From Saprolegnia diclina VS20 (Eukaryota), in the NCBI RefSeq assembly GCF_000281045.1, contig NW_008246127.1, positions 211,547 through 275,318 on the forward strand: a stretch of DNA of 63,772 bases. The letters run 5' to 3'. The position numbers and the translations under genes are program-made. The notes under the pieces were generated by a model. That model saw nothing but the letters and a program-made list of their open reading frames with translations. It did no database searches and had not been told where the DNA came from. Shown piece after piece: positions 34,758 to 45,294 of the stretch (position 1 is its first letter; the number at the start of each line of letters is the position of its first letter).

Positions 34758-35738
34758 ATGAGCTTGCACTCTGGCCTTGCCCACCCTGCCCACCGTGCGT
34801 GGACTGAGCCCCACATCCATGCGTCGCAGCTCATCTACCCGCTCTTCGTCACATCGCGTACGTCTGACAACCCGATCCGCGGCCTCGAGCCCAACGTCCA
34901 GTGGGGCGCGGGGCCGAGTGGCGACTTTGCGACCTTGGTGGCCCATCTACGCGGTTTGCAGGCCAAGGGCCTCCGCTCCATCATGCTCTTTGGCGTTGTC
35001 GAAGACAAGTGCGGCCATGGGCGTATGGCCGACGCCCCGGAGACGCCTGTGATCACGTGCACGCAGGCGATCCGCAAGGCGCTGCCCGACCTCCTCATTG
35101 CGTGCGACGTGTGCATGTGCGAGTATACGGACCACGGCCACTGCGGCGTGCTTCGCCGCGTGGACGACGAAGACGTCATTGACAACGACGCGTCCGTCGC
35201 GCGCCTCGCCGACATTGGCCTCGCGTACGCCCGCGCCGGCGCCCACATGCTGTGCCCGTCCGACATGATGGACAACCGGATCGGCGCGATCCGCACGTCG
35301 CTCAACGCGAACGGCTTTGCGCACGTGTCGATCATGGCGTACACGTCCAAGAAGGCGTCGTGCATGTACGCGCCATTCCGGGACGCGGTCGAGAGCACGT
35401 TCAAGGGCGACCGCAACCGGTACCAGCACCCGGTCGGCTCGACGACGCACGCGCTGCTGGCCTACGACCGCGACGTGGCCGAAGGTGCGGATACGGTCAT
35501 CGTCAAGCCGAGCTTGTTCTACGGCGACATTGTCAAGGAGCTTTCGGCCAAGCAGCTCGTGCCCGTCGCTTGCTACGTCGTCTCGGGCGAGTACAAGATG
35601 CTCTCCGACTATGGCAATGGCACCAACTCGATGGACGCGGTCGTGCGCGAGGCCCACCTGAGCCTCGTCCGCGCCGGCGCCAGCATCCTCATCACGTACT
35701 TTACACCCTTCATCCTCGATCGCTTGCACCAGTGGTAG
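34758..35738 (+). CDS. ALAD: Delta-aminolevulinic acid dehydratase (porphobilinogen synthase), Zn-binding type
   Basis: LIYPLFV, CDVCMCEYTDHGHCG (three Zn cysteines), PSDMMD, YTSKKASCMYAPFRDA, VKPS, VSGEY. Confidence 0.96.
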   Translation: MSLHSGLAHPAHRAWTEPHIHASQLIYPLFVTSRTSDNPIRGLEPNVQWGAGPSGDFATLVAHLRGLQAKGLRSIMLFGVVEDKCGHGRMADAPETPVITCTQAIRKALPDLLIACDVCMCEYTDHGHCGVLRRVDDEDVIDNDASVARLADIGLAYARAGAHMLCPSDMMDNRIGAIRTSLNANGFAHVSIMAYTSKKASCMYAPFRDAVESTFKGDRNRYQHPVGSTTHALLAYDRDVAEGADTVIVKPSLFYGDIVKELSAKQLVPVACYVVSGEYKMLSDYGNGTNSMDAVVREAHLSLVRAGASILITYFTPFILDRLHQW

Positions 35739-35783
35739 TCGACAGAGATACGCTGCAATACGAAAGTCTTGGTTGGTGTGGTG

Positions 35784-36284
35784 TTAGTGCAAGAGCTCGG
35801 CTTTGATCGTCGTCATGATCGCCTCGAACGTCGGCGCACTTCGGTCCTTGAGGCCGACGGCGGCGACAATGGCCTTGCCACGGGGCATGCTACAGAGATG
35901 CATGAGCGAGGAAGACGACGATGCGGTCGTACCCAAAATGCTCGAGGAACTGGCGGGCATACACGAGCAGAAGCGGGTCGTCGCGCTTCCCGAGGCGAAT
36001 GGCAATGTTGGCGCTCGCATTGCCGTTGAACGACTCGGTGCTCGTGGCTTCGAGCTACGATGCGAGCGTGAGCGCCGGCGATGGCATCGACCTCGACGAT
36101 GTACAATGGTGCCAAACGTGCCAAGCTGCGTCGCTGCGATGAAGAGACGGTCGCTGAACTCGGACACGATCAGCGTCGTGGCAATGCCATTGATGTCCTA
36201 GCGCCCACGCTTGCTCACGATGGCCTCGATGAGGACGCTCACCTTGGTCACTTGCTTCGTCGTCGGGTGCTGGCCGTCGGTCAT
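35784..36284 (-). CDS. PSMG3: Proteasome assembly chaperone 3 (PAC3); 4 exons
   Basis: Spliced product MTDGQHPTTKQVTK|DINGIATTLIVSEFSDRLFIAATQLGTFGTI|LEATS...IRLGKRDDPLLLVYARQFLEHFG|MPRGKAIVAAVGLKD... Introns 36198-36242, 36055-36104 and a third near 35890-35932. Confidence 0.85.
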
Positions 36285-36661
36285 CTTGGCACCAAAATGG
36301 GATCTACCTCTTACAATGCATACGACCAGATGATTGCCGGTCACAATGAACTGTCAAATTTAATACACGTAAAGTTGTCCCAACAAAACTGGAAAACCGT
36401 GCACAGTAGCCTGATAGTACAGTAGGCCGATTGTGGTACATATGACAATCGCGTGTCCCTCTTCCTGAGCAAATACAGTATACGAAGAGCGCGAAACACT
36501 GGATTATTCGAGTTTAATCCCGACCATGGGGGTAGGGTAAAGTTGATCGTGGTTGTTGACATTTCGATAATATACGTTTGGGTAGGTGTTTCGATCGGGG
36601 TTGCTACTGTCGTCGTCTACTTGCACTGTGTGTTGTGGAAATACGGAAAAATGAAAAAAAG

Positions 36662-38955
36662 CTATGGCGCCGGCGACAGCAATTCCACAAGCGGTGCGCG
36701 CACCAGAATCTGGCGGTGCATTTGGCTCCACGCGCGCACAATCTAGTTCAGAGTCGAGTCAACTCGCCGACGAGACCCAGTTCGTCGCACCTCGTGGATA
36801 CGGAACGAGTTGCCGAGCACGCGATGCGTCGCGAGCGGATCCACAATGTGCGCGTGGACCGCAAAGCTCGTGTCGCCGGCCACGTCATTGAGGGCAAAGT
36901 ACTCGCCGCCGTTGGCGATGCTCACGCCATACGCGGCAAACTCAAAGCTTATGTGCTGCTCGAGAAACGTGAGCAGTAGCATGCCAATCGTGCCTTGCCA
37001 GACGACCGCATCTACGCATTCGTCATAGACCATCCCGACGATACGAAAGATGCACCATGGCGGAAGAAGGTGTAGAGCGTGTTGGGCTGTCGCGGTAGCT
37101 CGGGCGTCGGTGGCTCCGTGTGGGACACGTGTACGTCGCCAAAACACTAGACACCGAGCATGCGCATCACCATCCTCACGTTACTTTTGTGCATACTTGG
37201 AGGAACCGAATGATGAGTACGACGAGCGCATACGACGAGAGACCGCCTGAGAACGCACAGCAGAGGCCTATGTCGGTCCGAATGAAGATGATCCAAGCGC
37301 CATGAAGAAGACAGGGGGTGTACCGTTGGCTTTGAGGTGCGCCTTGAGCACCAGCGCCAGTGGCCGCAGCGCGGGCATGTACTCGGCGAACTTTTTCACG
37401 AGGTCCCGCGACGCCAGCCCCGAGTGGCCCGCCGAATGAGCGACGCTAAGGTCTATGGGCACCGAGGCGTCGCCGAGCTGGAAGACGAGCTTGAGCACGG
37501 GAATGCTCGCGGCTTCGAGAAGCTCGACGTCCACAACGTTTGCCTGGTCGCGCACCGCCGCGTGGACCTCGCGGAGCATCGAAATCGGCGACAGGCCGTG
37601 ATGGGCTTCTGGCACGACGATGACGCAGTCGAGGTCACTCCCAGGAAGCGCGAGCTGCGTGCAAAGGGACCCGTACACATCAATGAACGCATAAGCCCAG
37701 AGCGCGACCACGGACCGGTTCAAGTACTGCAGCGCTTTGCAGTAGGCTTGGCCCATCGCCGCCATCTCGTTGTCGACAGCAGCGACAAACGCTTCAATCT
37801 CGTCCGAGGCCCACCTACGCGATGCTATGAGATCGGTGGAGCGCTACATCTTGGTTGCACATGATGGTTGAGTGTGCAGAGTACGGAGGATCTGGCTCCA
37901 CTGACGCAGTCGAGCTGCTTGTGCGATCGCGAGATGCCAGCGGAGGCGTTGTCGGTGTATTGTTGTCGCTTCGCGTATGGCTCGTCGACTTCTTCTTCCG
38001 CGACGCGCACGGTGACCGTACTTTCTCGGGTCCTGACGCACTACTGGGCTGGACGGCGTGGCGAAAATCCGTCTTGGACGGAGTCGAGAGCTCATATGAC
38101 GGCGGCTTGGCGCCCGACTTGCGCGAGCTTTTCGGCGGTCCCTTCTTGTCGCGATGGGTCGTCACGGGGGCTGATGTATCGACGGGCGAGCTACATATGA
38201 CTCCATCAGTATGCTGTGCGGCTGCCGTGAGCCGTACGGGCGTGGACGTTGCATGGGCGCTGCGACGACGATGGGCGGTGAGCTTTTTGGCCCTGTCAAT
38301 GGGCTCAATGAGGCGTGACATAATTGCTGGGAGCCTCCACGCTCGTGCTTTGTCTTGGTACATGTTTCGTTGCCGAGCTTGCGCCTACGCACCGACCTGA
38401 TGCAGTGACCGCCTCTGGCTCGTACCGGTACACCAAGCGCGGACTCGGCGCCATCGGGCTCGAGAGCTTCTGTGCTACGTCACGCGCACTGCCGTCGACG
38501 CCACGCCGGCGGCTACCTTCTTTGGCGTTGTTGTTGTTGTTGTTGTTGTCCCGTCGACCCAAGGTCGGGTCGGGCGTGTGGGCCTTGCACTGCAGCGTGG
38601 CTACCATAGCTATCGGCGCGGTTCGGATGAGGAGCAGTCGGTGAGGTCGACGAGGTCAAGCGCGCGTCCGTGGGATGCTCGGGCGGTGCTAGGGTCGGCG
38701 CTGGCGCGTCTCGTGATCGCTTCCGTCCTTCGGCGGCTGCAAGCTTTTGTGCTCCGCTGCTCGCAACGGATTCAACCGGATACTGCGGCTGGCCTCCCAT
38801 TCCTTCCTTGATTTTTGACTTGCTGTTTGTATGTTATCCGGAGCCTAGGCCTGTAACCTCCAAAATGAAACTGTCGACCTTGCCGCGCTGCCTCGGCTGC
38901 TACAGGCGTCATGCTGCAGCCGGAAGGCTGTCCTTGCGCAAGTACATGGCTGCAT
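36662..38955 (-). CDS. Non-canonical poly(A) polymerase / nucleotidyltransferase (TRF4/PAPD-like); multi-exon, 5' end uncertain
   Basis: IDVYGSLCTQLALPGSDLDCVI, ASIPVLKL, PIDLS, LRPLALVLKAHL, GGLSSYAL, GMLLLTFL, HIVDPL...GNSFRIHE. The core lies at about 36662-37900; the N-terminal low-complexity exons are not firmly resolved. Confidence 0.75.
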
Positions 38956-39493
38956 ATATCTGTCTATGGGCCTGTTGATGGCACAGGCCATGCGTGCCGT
39001 GATCGTCTGGGAGCGCTTACGAGCACGGACCTTTCGGCGCCATCGCAAGTGCTCGATGAGCCATCCACATGCGTTTAGCCCTTTGCACAGGCCAAATGAG
39101 CACCGTCAATGCAGTGGTGGTGGTCATAGGGTCACCATTAGGCTGGGTGAGGCCTTGGAACGAACGCCACGGTGGGCTAAATGGCCGATTTGTTGCAGCT
39201 TTCGCCTCATCGCCAGCCTGGACCGTCTAGCATTTCGATAGTACTACATCGCTGGACATTGCATCGGCTAGCTGCCAGTACAATTGGACGCGGGCGATGA
39301 GCTGCAGCGTGGCTGGTGCCCTCGGCGGCGGCCTTGCGCATTCGCATTTCTTGTGGCAATGACGCATCGACCACTCAAAATGCACTTGGGCAGCGTATTT
39401 TAATGCGATAAAAATACGATTAATCTACGTATTTGTAGCAAATCGCAAAGCGATGTAATAAAATATGGTCGCCGGCTGGCGTCATCTGGCTGG

Positions 39494-39500
39494 TCATTTC
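39494..39500 (+). promoter_or_regulatory. Oomycete initiator-like element (TCATTTC)
   Basis: Matches YCAYTYY about 20 nt upstream of the TrpRS ATG. Similar heptamers precede ALAD (34725-34731) and eIF4G (50988-50994, minus strand). Confidence 0.45.
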
Positions 39501-39521
39501 AGATTGTGGCCAGGAAGCAGC

Positions 39522-41099
39522 ATGGACGTCGACTCGATTGTAGCTGCGATCGTCGCCAAGGGCAACGAGGTGCGTGACCTCAAGGCGAAGAAGGAAGACT
39601 TCAAGGGCCAGGTGGCCGACCTCGTTACGCTCAAGAAGCAGTACAAGGACTTGACCGGCAACGACTACCAGCCGCCGGCCGCTCCGAAGGCGCCCAAGGC
39701 CGAAGCACCCCAGGCCGAGAATGCCGCCGAGGGTGGCAAGTCCAAGAGCCAGCTCAAGAAGGAGAAGAAGCTTGCGGAGAAGGCGGCGCAGCCCAAGGAC
39801 ACCAAGCCCAAGGCCGCCAAGGCTGCCAAGCCGGCCAAGCCGTCGGTGACGGGCCGCCCGACCGAGGCGAGCGCCGCGCCGGTCGACACGGACTTGCTGT
39901 TGCGCCAGGCCAAGTATGCGCACTACACGGCGATCAACGGCGACGCGAACGCGCAAAAGGTGACGCCGTGGGACGTCGAGGCCGAGGGCGGCGTCGACTA
40001 CGACAAGCTCATCGACACGTTCGGCACGTCGCAGCTGACGCAGGACCTTGTCGCGCGCATTGAGAAGCTCACGGGCGTGCGTGCGCACCGGTATCTGCGC
40101 CGCGGCTACTTTTTCTCGCACCGCGAACTCCACGAAATCCTGGATCATTACGAGAAGGGCAACAAGTTTTACCTCTACACGGGTCGCGGGCCGTCGTCCG
40201 GGTCCTTGCACATGGGCCACTTGATCCCGTTCACGTTCACGGCGTGGCTCCAAAAGGTGTTTGACGTGCCGCTCGTGATCCAGCTCACCGACGACGAAAA
40301 GTACCTCTTCAAGGAACAGACGTTGGCCGAGTCGGACTTTATGGCGAACGAGAACGCCAAGGACATTATCGCGTGCGGCTTTGACCCGACCAAGACGTTC
40401 ATCTTCAAGAACTCGGACTACATTGGCACGCTGTACCCTGAAGTGCTCAAGATCCAAAAGTGCGTCACGTACAACCAAGTGCGTGGTATCTTTGGCTTTA
40501 CGGGCTCGGACAACATTGGCAAGTCGTCGTTTCCTGCGATCCAGGCCGCGCCGTCGTTCCCGCAGTGCTTTCCGGTGCCGTTTGGCGGCCGCACGGACCT
40601 GCGCTGCTTGATCCCGTGCGCGATCGACCAGGACCCGTACTTCCGCATGACGCGCGACGTGGCGCCTCGCATCGGGTACGCCAAGCCGGCGCTGATCCTC
40701 TCCAAGTTCTTCCCGGCGCTCGAAGGTGCGACCACCAAGATGAGCTCGAGCGGCCCGTCGCCGACGATCTTTGTGTCCGACTCGGCCGCCGATGTGGCCG
40801 ACAAGATCCGCCGGTACGCGTTTAGCGGCGGCGGCGAGACCAAGGCCGACCATGAAAAGTACGGCGCAAACTTGGACGTGGACATTCCGTACCAGTACTT
40901 GACGTTCCTTCTCGAGAACGACGCCGAGCTCGCGGTGATCGCAAAGGAGTACGGCGAGGGCCGCATGATGTCGGGCCAGGTCAAGGACAAGCTCATCGAG
41001 ATCATCGTCGCGTCGAACGCCGATTTCCAGGCCAAGCGCGCGGCCATCACCGACGAGCAGGTGCGCCACTTCATGACGGTGCGCCCGCTCGCGTTTTAG
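39522..41099 (+). CDS. WARS: Cytoplasmic tryptophanyl-tRNA synthetase with N-terminal WHEP domain
   Basis: VTPWDV, YLYTGRGPSSGSLHMGH, QLTDDEKYL, IPCAIDQDPYFRMTRDVA, KMSSS. N-terminal KGNEVRDLKAKK...LVTLKKQYKDLTG. Confidence 0.96.
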   Translation: MDVDSIVAAIVAKGNEVRDLKAKKEDFKGQVADLVTLKKQYKDLTGNDYQPPAAPKAPKAEAPQAENAAEGGKSKSQLKKEKKLAEKAAQPKDTKPKAAKAAKPAKPSVTGRPTEASAAPVDTDLLLRQAKYAHYTAINGDANAQKVTPWDVEAEGGVDYDKLIDTFGTSQLTQDLVARIEKLTGVRAHRYLRRGYFFSHRELHEILDHYEKGNKFYLYTGRGPSSGSLHMGHLIPFTFTAWLQKVFDVPLVIQLTDDEKYLFKEQTLAESDFMANENAKDIIACGFDPTKTFIFKNSDYIGTLYPEVLKIQKCVTYNQVRGIFGFTGSDNIGKSSFPAIQAAPSFPQCFPVPFGGRTDLRCLIPCAIDQDPYFRMTRDVAPRIGYAKPALILSKFFPALEGATTKMSSSGPSPTIFVSDSAADVADKIRRYAFSGGGETKADHEKYGANLDVDIPYQYLTFLLENDAELAVIAKEYGEGRMMSGQVKDKLIEIIVASNADFQAKRAAITDEQVRHFMTVRPLAF

Positions 41100-41849
41100 A
41101 CAGGAGCGCAAATAAGATGCATCCATCGGTTGCTACTTCTCTGCTTCTGTGTCGAAATCGCATACTATAAGCTTGCACAATGCGGCGCCTGGAGGCCGTC
41201 GAGAGAGCTTAAACAGACATGTCGTTGCCATTAGCTTGAGGTCAAGGTCGAGGACAAGGGGCTTGCGACCCGCTCCATTTCCAGCGGCGTGGCGACCAAT
41301 GAAGGCGACTACCCCGCCACAATTCGATGACCTTTTCTGACGTTTATCTTTGCTACACTGCTTCGCTACATGAGGGTATATGCCTGCTGATTATAGAGAT
41401 CCTTGGTGTGATGATCACATTGCTCGTGCGCTGCTATCGTTTGGCTGCCGTGTTGCGGTCGCCCTGATGGTGATTGATGGCGTCGCGGACCTCATGCGAT
41501 AATGTAGCATAGGAATCTGATTCGTATTATAAATACGTCACGGGTTGTACGATGGAGGACGTTGCATATCTATCGAGACAGCGTTGGCAAGAAGAGACTC
41601 CTGCATCGCTACAACACCGGTCGTCGGCGCTTGTTCTGTATGTTACAACATCGCATCGAGCAACGTCGGAGGGCCTTCCTCACTACAACGCCTCGGTGGC
41701 TCGACAGGTCTCGGAAATCGTCTTCGCAAGGACGTCACTGTTGTCCAGCGTACTACCAAAGCGGTCAGGCGCGACGCTTTGGTAGTACGCTGGACAACAG
41801 GGACGTGCTTGTGAAACGATCAGACGGGTCGAACGCGTGCTCGCGTATG

Positions 41850-41874
41850 ATTGGCTACCTCAACATGACGTGGC
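41850..41874 (+). promoter_or_regulatory. Composite element ATTGG-N11-TGACGTGGC upstream of ARF copy 1
   Basis: attgg ctacctcaaca tgacgtggc; recurs before all five ARF copies. Confidence 0.7.
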
Positions 41875-41922
41875 ACGACGTGGCGCAATCTACAGATTGG
41901 AGAGAGCGCACTTGCGTTTTCG

Positions 41923-42492
41923 ATGGGTCTCGTCTACTCGCACGTGTGGCGACTTTTCGCGCCAAATAAAAAGACGCGGTTGGTCATGCTGGGCCTCGAC
42001 GCCGCCGGTAAAACCACACTCCTCTACCAGCTCCAGCGCACGCTTCACCCGACTCAGGACAGCAGCACTACGGCGCCAATCACGACAATTTCAACAATTG
42101 GCTTCAACGTCGAGCGGTTCGAATTCCAAGGCCTCGAGTGTACGTTGTGGGACGTCGGTGGCAACTACCGCCTCTCGTCGATCGTGCGTCACTACTACGA
42201 AGGCGCCGACGCGATCCTGTTTGTCGTCGACACCAGTGACCGTGCGCGCATGGACTCGGCGTGCGACCATCTTGCCATCATTTTAGCGTCCGATACGCTC
42301 CGAGACGCGGTCCTTCTTGTCTACGCCAACAAACAAGACCTTGCGCAGGCCATGAGTATAGCCGACGTGACCGAGGCGCTCCAACTGCGCTTCATTCGTC
42401 AGCGGTGGTTTGTCCAAGCGTGCTGCGCGACAAGTGGTGACGGCCTTTGCGATGGTCTTCATTGGCTCGCGACAGCACTTGCTCAACCGTAA
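41923..42492 (+). CDS. ARF-family small GTPase, divergent (copy 1)
   Basis: MG start, [23 protein letters not shown] (Gln replaced), [16 protein letters not shown]. Insertion between the P-loop and switch I. Confidence 0.9.
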   Translation: MGLVYSHVWRLFAPNKKTRLVMLGLDAAGKTTLLYQLQRTLHPTQDSSTTAPITTISTIGFNVERFEFQGLECTLWDVGGNYRLSSIVRHYYEGADAILFVVDTSDRARMDSACDHLAIILASDTLRDAVLLVYANKQDLAQAMSIADVTEALQLRFIRQRWFVQACCATSGDGLCDGLHWLATALAQP

Positions 42493-42645
42493 TGGAATAC
42501 ACGAGGTGCACTCCTTTTCACATGTCGCCGCCAACCACCATGACAACAGAGACTCGTGCTTTCGACCACTTCAATTCATATTTTGACTTGTTCCAAATGC
42601 TATCGCTGGAGAGAAGACGCTAAGTACTTTGACGCGCTGGCTTTG

Positions 42646-42670
42646 ATTGGCTCACATCGCATGACGTGGC
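42646..42670 (+). promoter_or_regulatory. Composite element ATTGG-N11-TGACGTGGC upstream of the ARF pseudogene
   Basis: attgg ctcacatcgca tgacgtggc. Confidence 0.65.
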
Positions 42671-42749
42671 ACGACGACGAAATAGTAGCCTGGATGGTTC
42701 ACCAACACAACGCCCTTGACCTCCAAGCGCACCTTCCAAACCGATCGCC

Positions 42750-43250
42750 ATGGGCTGTCGACTCTCGTTCTACGTGCGACTTCGCTGGTTACTTGGCCAC
42801 AAGATGCAGCTCCTCCTTCTAAGCCTCGACTCGGTGGGCAAGAACACAAGCCTCTACAAACTCGAACTCGGCGACGTCGTCACAACGCGGATCCGTATTG
42901 GCTTCAACGTCGAGAGTCTCGATATTCCGGGTCTCTCCTGCATATCGTGGGATGTCGCAGGCCCTATAATGTCCCTTCGCCAGTTCTACTCGTCGACGGT
43001 GCACAAAGCCAGCGCGCTCGTGCTTATCTTGACGCCAGCGATACGTCGCGTATCGACGAAGCACGCTGTGAGCTAAACACGCTCTTGGCATCAAACGAGC
43101 TGCAAGACGCCATTCTGCTCATCTATGCCAACAAGCAGGATTGTCCGCAGTAGCGCCGCCCGTGGCAGGTACAGGCATCCTGACAGGTGTTGGACTCCAG
43201 GATGGTCTCGATTGGTGGATCGTCTCGACGACGGTGCTGTGGTGTTTCGC
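42750..43250 (+). pseudogene. ARF-family pseudogene (copy 2)
   Basis: SLDSVGKNTSLYKLELGDVV, IGFNVE, WDVAG; frameshift to DASDTSRIDEARCEL...IYANKQDCPQ then a stop at 43151-43153. The 3' limit is approximate. Confidence 0.85.
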
Positions 43251-43367
43251 AATATGAGGAGGCTTGCCATGCACAGTGCTCGAGCTCGTGACGTTAGTGC
43301 TCACTCGTACGAAAATGCAACGTGGCTGTGTGGATGCCATGATCGGTGCGTAGCGCAACGAGTGGTT

Positions 43368-43455
<88 letters not shown>
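43368..43455. repeat. (GATA)22 microsatellite
   Basis: 88 nt of perfect GATA repeat. Confidence 0.97.
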
Positions 43456-43457
<2 letters not shown>

Positions 43458-43727
43458 AGACGGGATGGTTGATTGATTAATTGATTAAGTTAATGGAAGT
43501 TAAATAAAGGTTGAATGTCGTCGTGGTGCCCGGGACCGGGCGGGCGCTTGGCGAGTCCGTCGCGCGACTGGATCGTCGCCTGGCCCGTTTGGGATGGTCA
43601 GGTGTTTGGTGTCAACTTGAAAAACAGAAGTGTGGCTGCGTTGCTGTGAGCCGTTGGAGAGGTTTTCTTCTTCTTCTGTCTAGCTTCTCTGGTCGGGCAA
43701 GTCGAGCGTCAGCTGCGATTTGCTAAC

Positions 43728-44017
43728 GCTGTCCAATGGAACACGCTCTGATCAGATCGCCGCGCATTCTCGTCTTCCAGCACGCAACTCGATTTGTGGA
43801 GGCGGTCGTACGGCTTGAACCANNNNNNNNNNNNNNNNNNNNNNNNNNNNNNNNNNNNNNNNNNNNNNNNNNNNNNNNNNNNNNNNNNNNNNNNNNNNNN
43901 NNNNNNNNNNNNNNNNNNNNNNGCTGTCCAATGGAACACGCTCTGATCAGATCGCCGCGCATTCTCGTCTTCCAGCACGCAACTCGATTTGTGGAGGCAG
44001 TCGTACGGCTTGAACCA
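43728..44017. other. 100-N assembly gap (43823-43922) flanked by a 95-bp direct duplication
   Basis: 43728-43822 matches 43923-44017 except for ggcgg versus ggcag. Confidence 0.93.
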
Positions 44018-44070
44018 AGCAAGAAGCTTACCCAGTGCGCCAGTGTCGAACGCCAAGGCCTATGACGTGC

Positions 44071-44493
44071 TGCGGGACGTTCATGAGGCAGAGACCTTCC
44101 TCGACATGGAGGACGACCGTCCAACGGAGTCCTTGGCGGACCTGCTCCAGCGAATGCGAGCGGAACTCACCGCGGCCTACCGCAAGATGGACGAGCAACA
44201 GCGCGCCATCGCAACCCACGATGACCGCGTCAAGAGCGTCGAAGACGGACGACGTCGGGACACGGCAGCGACCGTCGACACCCGCCACAAGCGCAAAGCC
44301 GAGTCCCGACGTCGTCCGTCCTCGACACTCTTGACGCGGTCATCGTGGGCTGCGATGGCACGCTGCTGCTCGTCCATCTTGCGGTAGGCCGCGGTGAGCT
44401 CCGCTCGCATTCGCTGGAGCTGGTTCGCCAAGGACTCCGTCGGACGGTCGTCCTCCATGTCCAGGAAGGTCTCTGCCTCATGAGCGTCCCGCA
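44071..44493. repeat. Long inverted repeat, 191-bp arms and 41-bp spacer
   Basis: 44071-44261 is the reverse complement of 44303-44493 with scattered substitutions. Both strands translate to HEAETFLDMEDDRPTESLA..LQRMRAELTAAYRKMDEQQRAIA. Confidence 0.93.
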
Positions 44494-44665
44494 AGACGAG
44501 TACCATGGCCGCGTACGACCGTATGCCCCGCTCGGGCAAACGTCAAGCGACCTCGGCCGACGACTACTAAAAAGCGCATCTGAATGACAATATTGATGCT
44601 CTGTTTTTTGTTCAAACTAAGCCAGCATCATTCCGCATAAATGCGAGATCTGCATCAATAGTAAG

Positions 44666-45205
44666 CTAATGTGTACATAATGTCGTGGCAAGCCAGCGCA
44701 GACCGTCGTGGAGGCCCTCGCCCGTCGTGGCACAGCACGCTTGAACAAACCATTGCTGAGGAACCGAGTGCAAAGCGAGTGCTTCGGTCAATTCGGAAAC
44801 GCTCATGGCGTTTGGAAGATCTTGCTTGTTGCCATAGACGAGAAGGACTGCGTCTTTGAGCTCGTTGGCGACTGCCATTTCGTGGAGTTGGCGACGAGCA
44901 AATTCGATGCGCGCACGATCGTTGGCGTCGACGACAAAGATGATCGCGTCGGCGCATTCGTAGTAGTGGTGGATGATTGTCGAGACGCGATAACTGCTGC
45001 CAAGATCCCACATTGTGCAGTCAAGGTTCTCAAACTGGAACGTCTCGACGTTCATACCACCGGTCGAGAACGTGGTGACGCACTCGCCGAGCCGAAGCTG
45101 GTAGAGGATCGTCGTTTTGCCGACGGCGTCGAGACCCAGTAGAACCATTTTGGTCTCGTGGCGCGACGCGAAGGGCCGCAAAAAATACGAGCAGCCAAGA
45201 CCCAT
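44666..45205 (-). CDS. ARF-family small GTPase, divergent (copy 3)
   Basis: MG start, GLDAVGKTT, TFSTGGMNVE, WDLGSSY, YGNKQDL, CCATTGEGL. Confidence 0.9.
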   Translation of the reverse strand: MGLGCSYFLRPFASRHETKMVLLGLDAVGKTTILYQLRLGECVTTFSTGGMNVETFQFENLDCTMWDLGSSYRVSTIIHHYYECADAIIFVVDANDRARIEFARRQLHEMAVANELKDAVLLVYGNKQDLPNAMSVSELTEALALHSVPQQWFVQACCATTGEGLHDGLRWLATTLCTH

Positions 45206-45269
45206 TTGAAATTATGCCGGCGGAGTCTAAAATTGGATGATGCACCATTGCCTAAAGGGCCCACATTCT

Positions 45270-45294
45270 GCCACGTCACGCTGTCAAAGCCAAT
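45270..45294 (-). promoter_or_regulatory. Composite element ATTGG-N11-TGACGTGGC upstream of ARF copy 3
   Basis: Plus strand reads gccacgtca cgctgtcaaag ccaat; the element is inverted together with its gene. Confidence 0.7.

Noticed and set aside
39420..41126. 568-aa minus-strand ORF
   Set aside because: Antisense shadow of TrpRS, produced by strong GC3 codon bias; it has no motifs.
43728..44017. 95-bp direct repeat as LTR, TSD or CRISPR-like repeat
   Set aside because: The copies abut a 100-N gap exactly, typical of unmerged overlapping contig ends.
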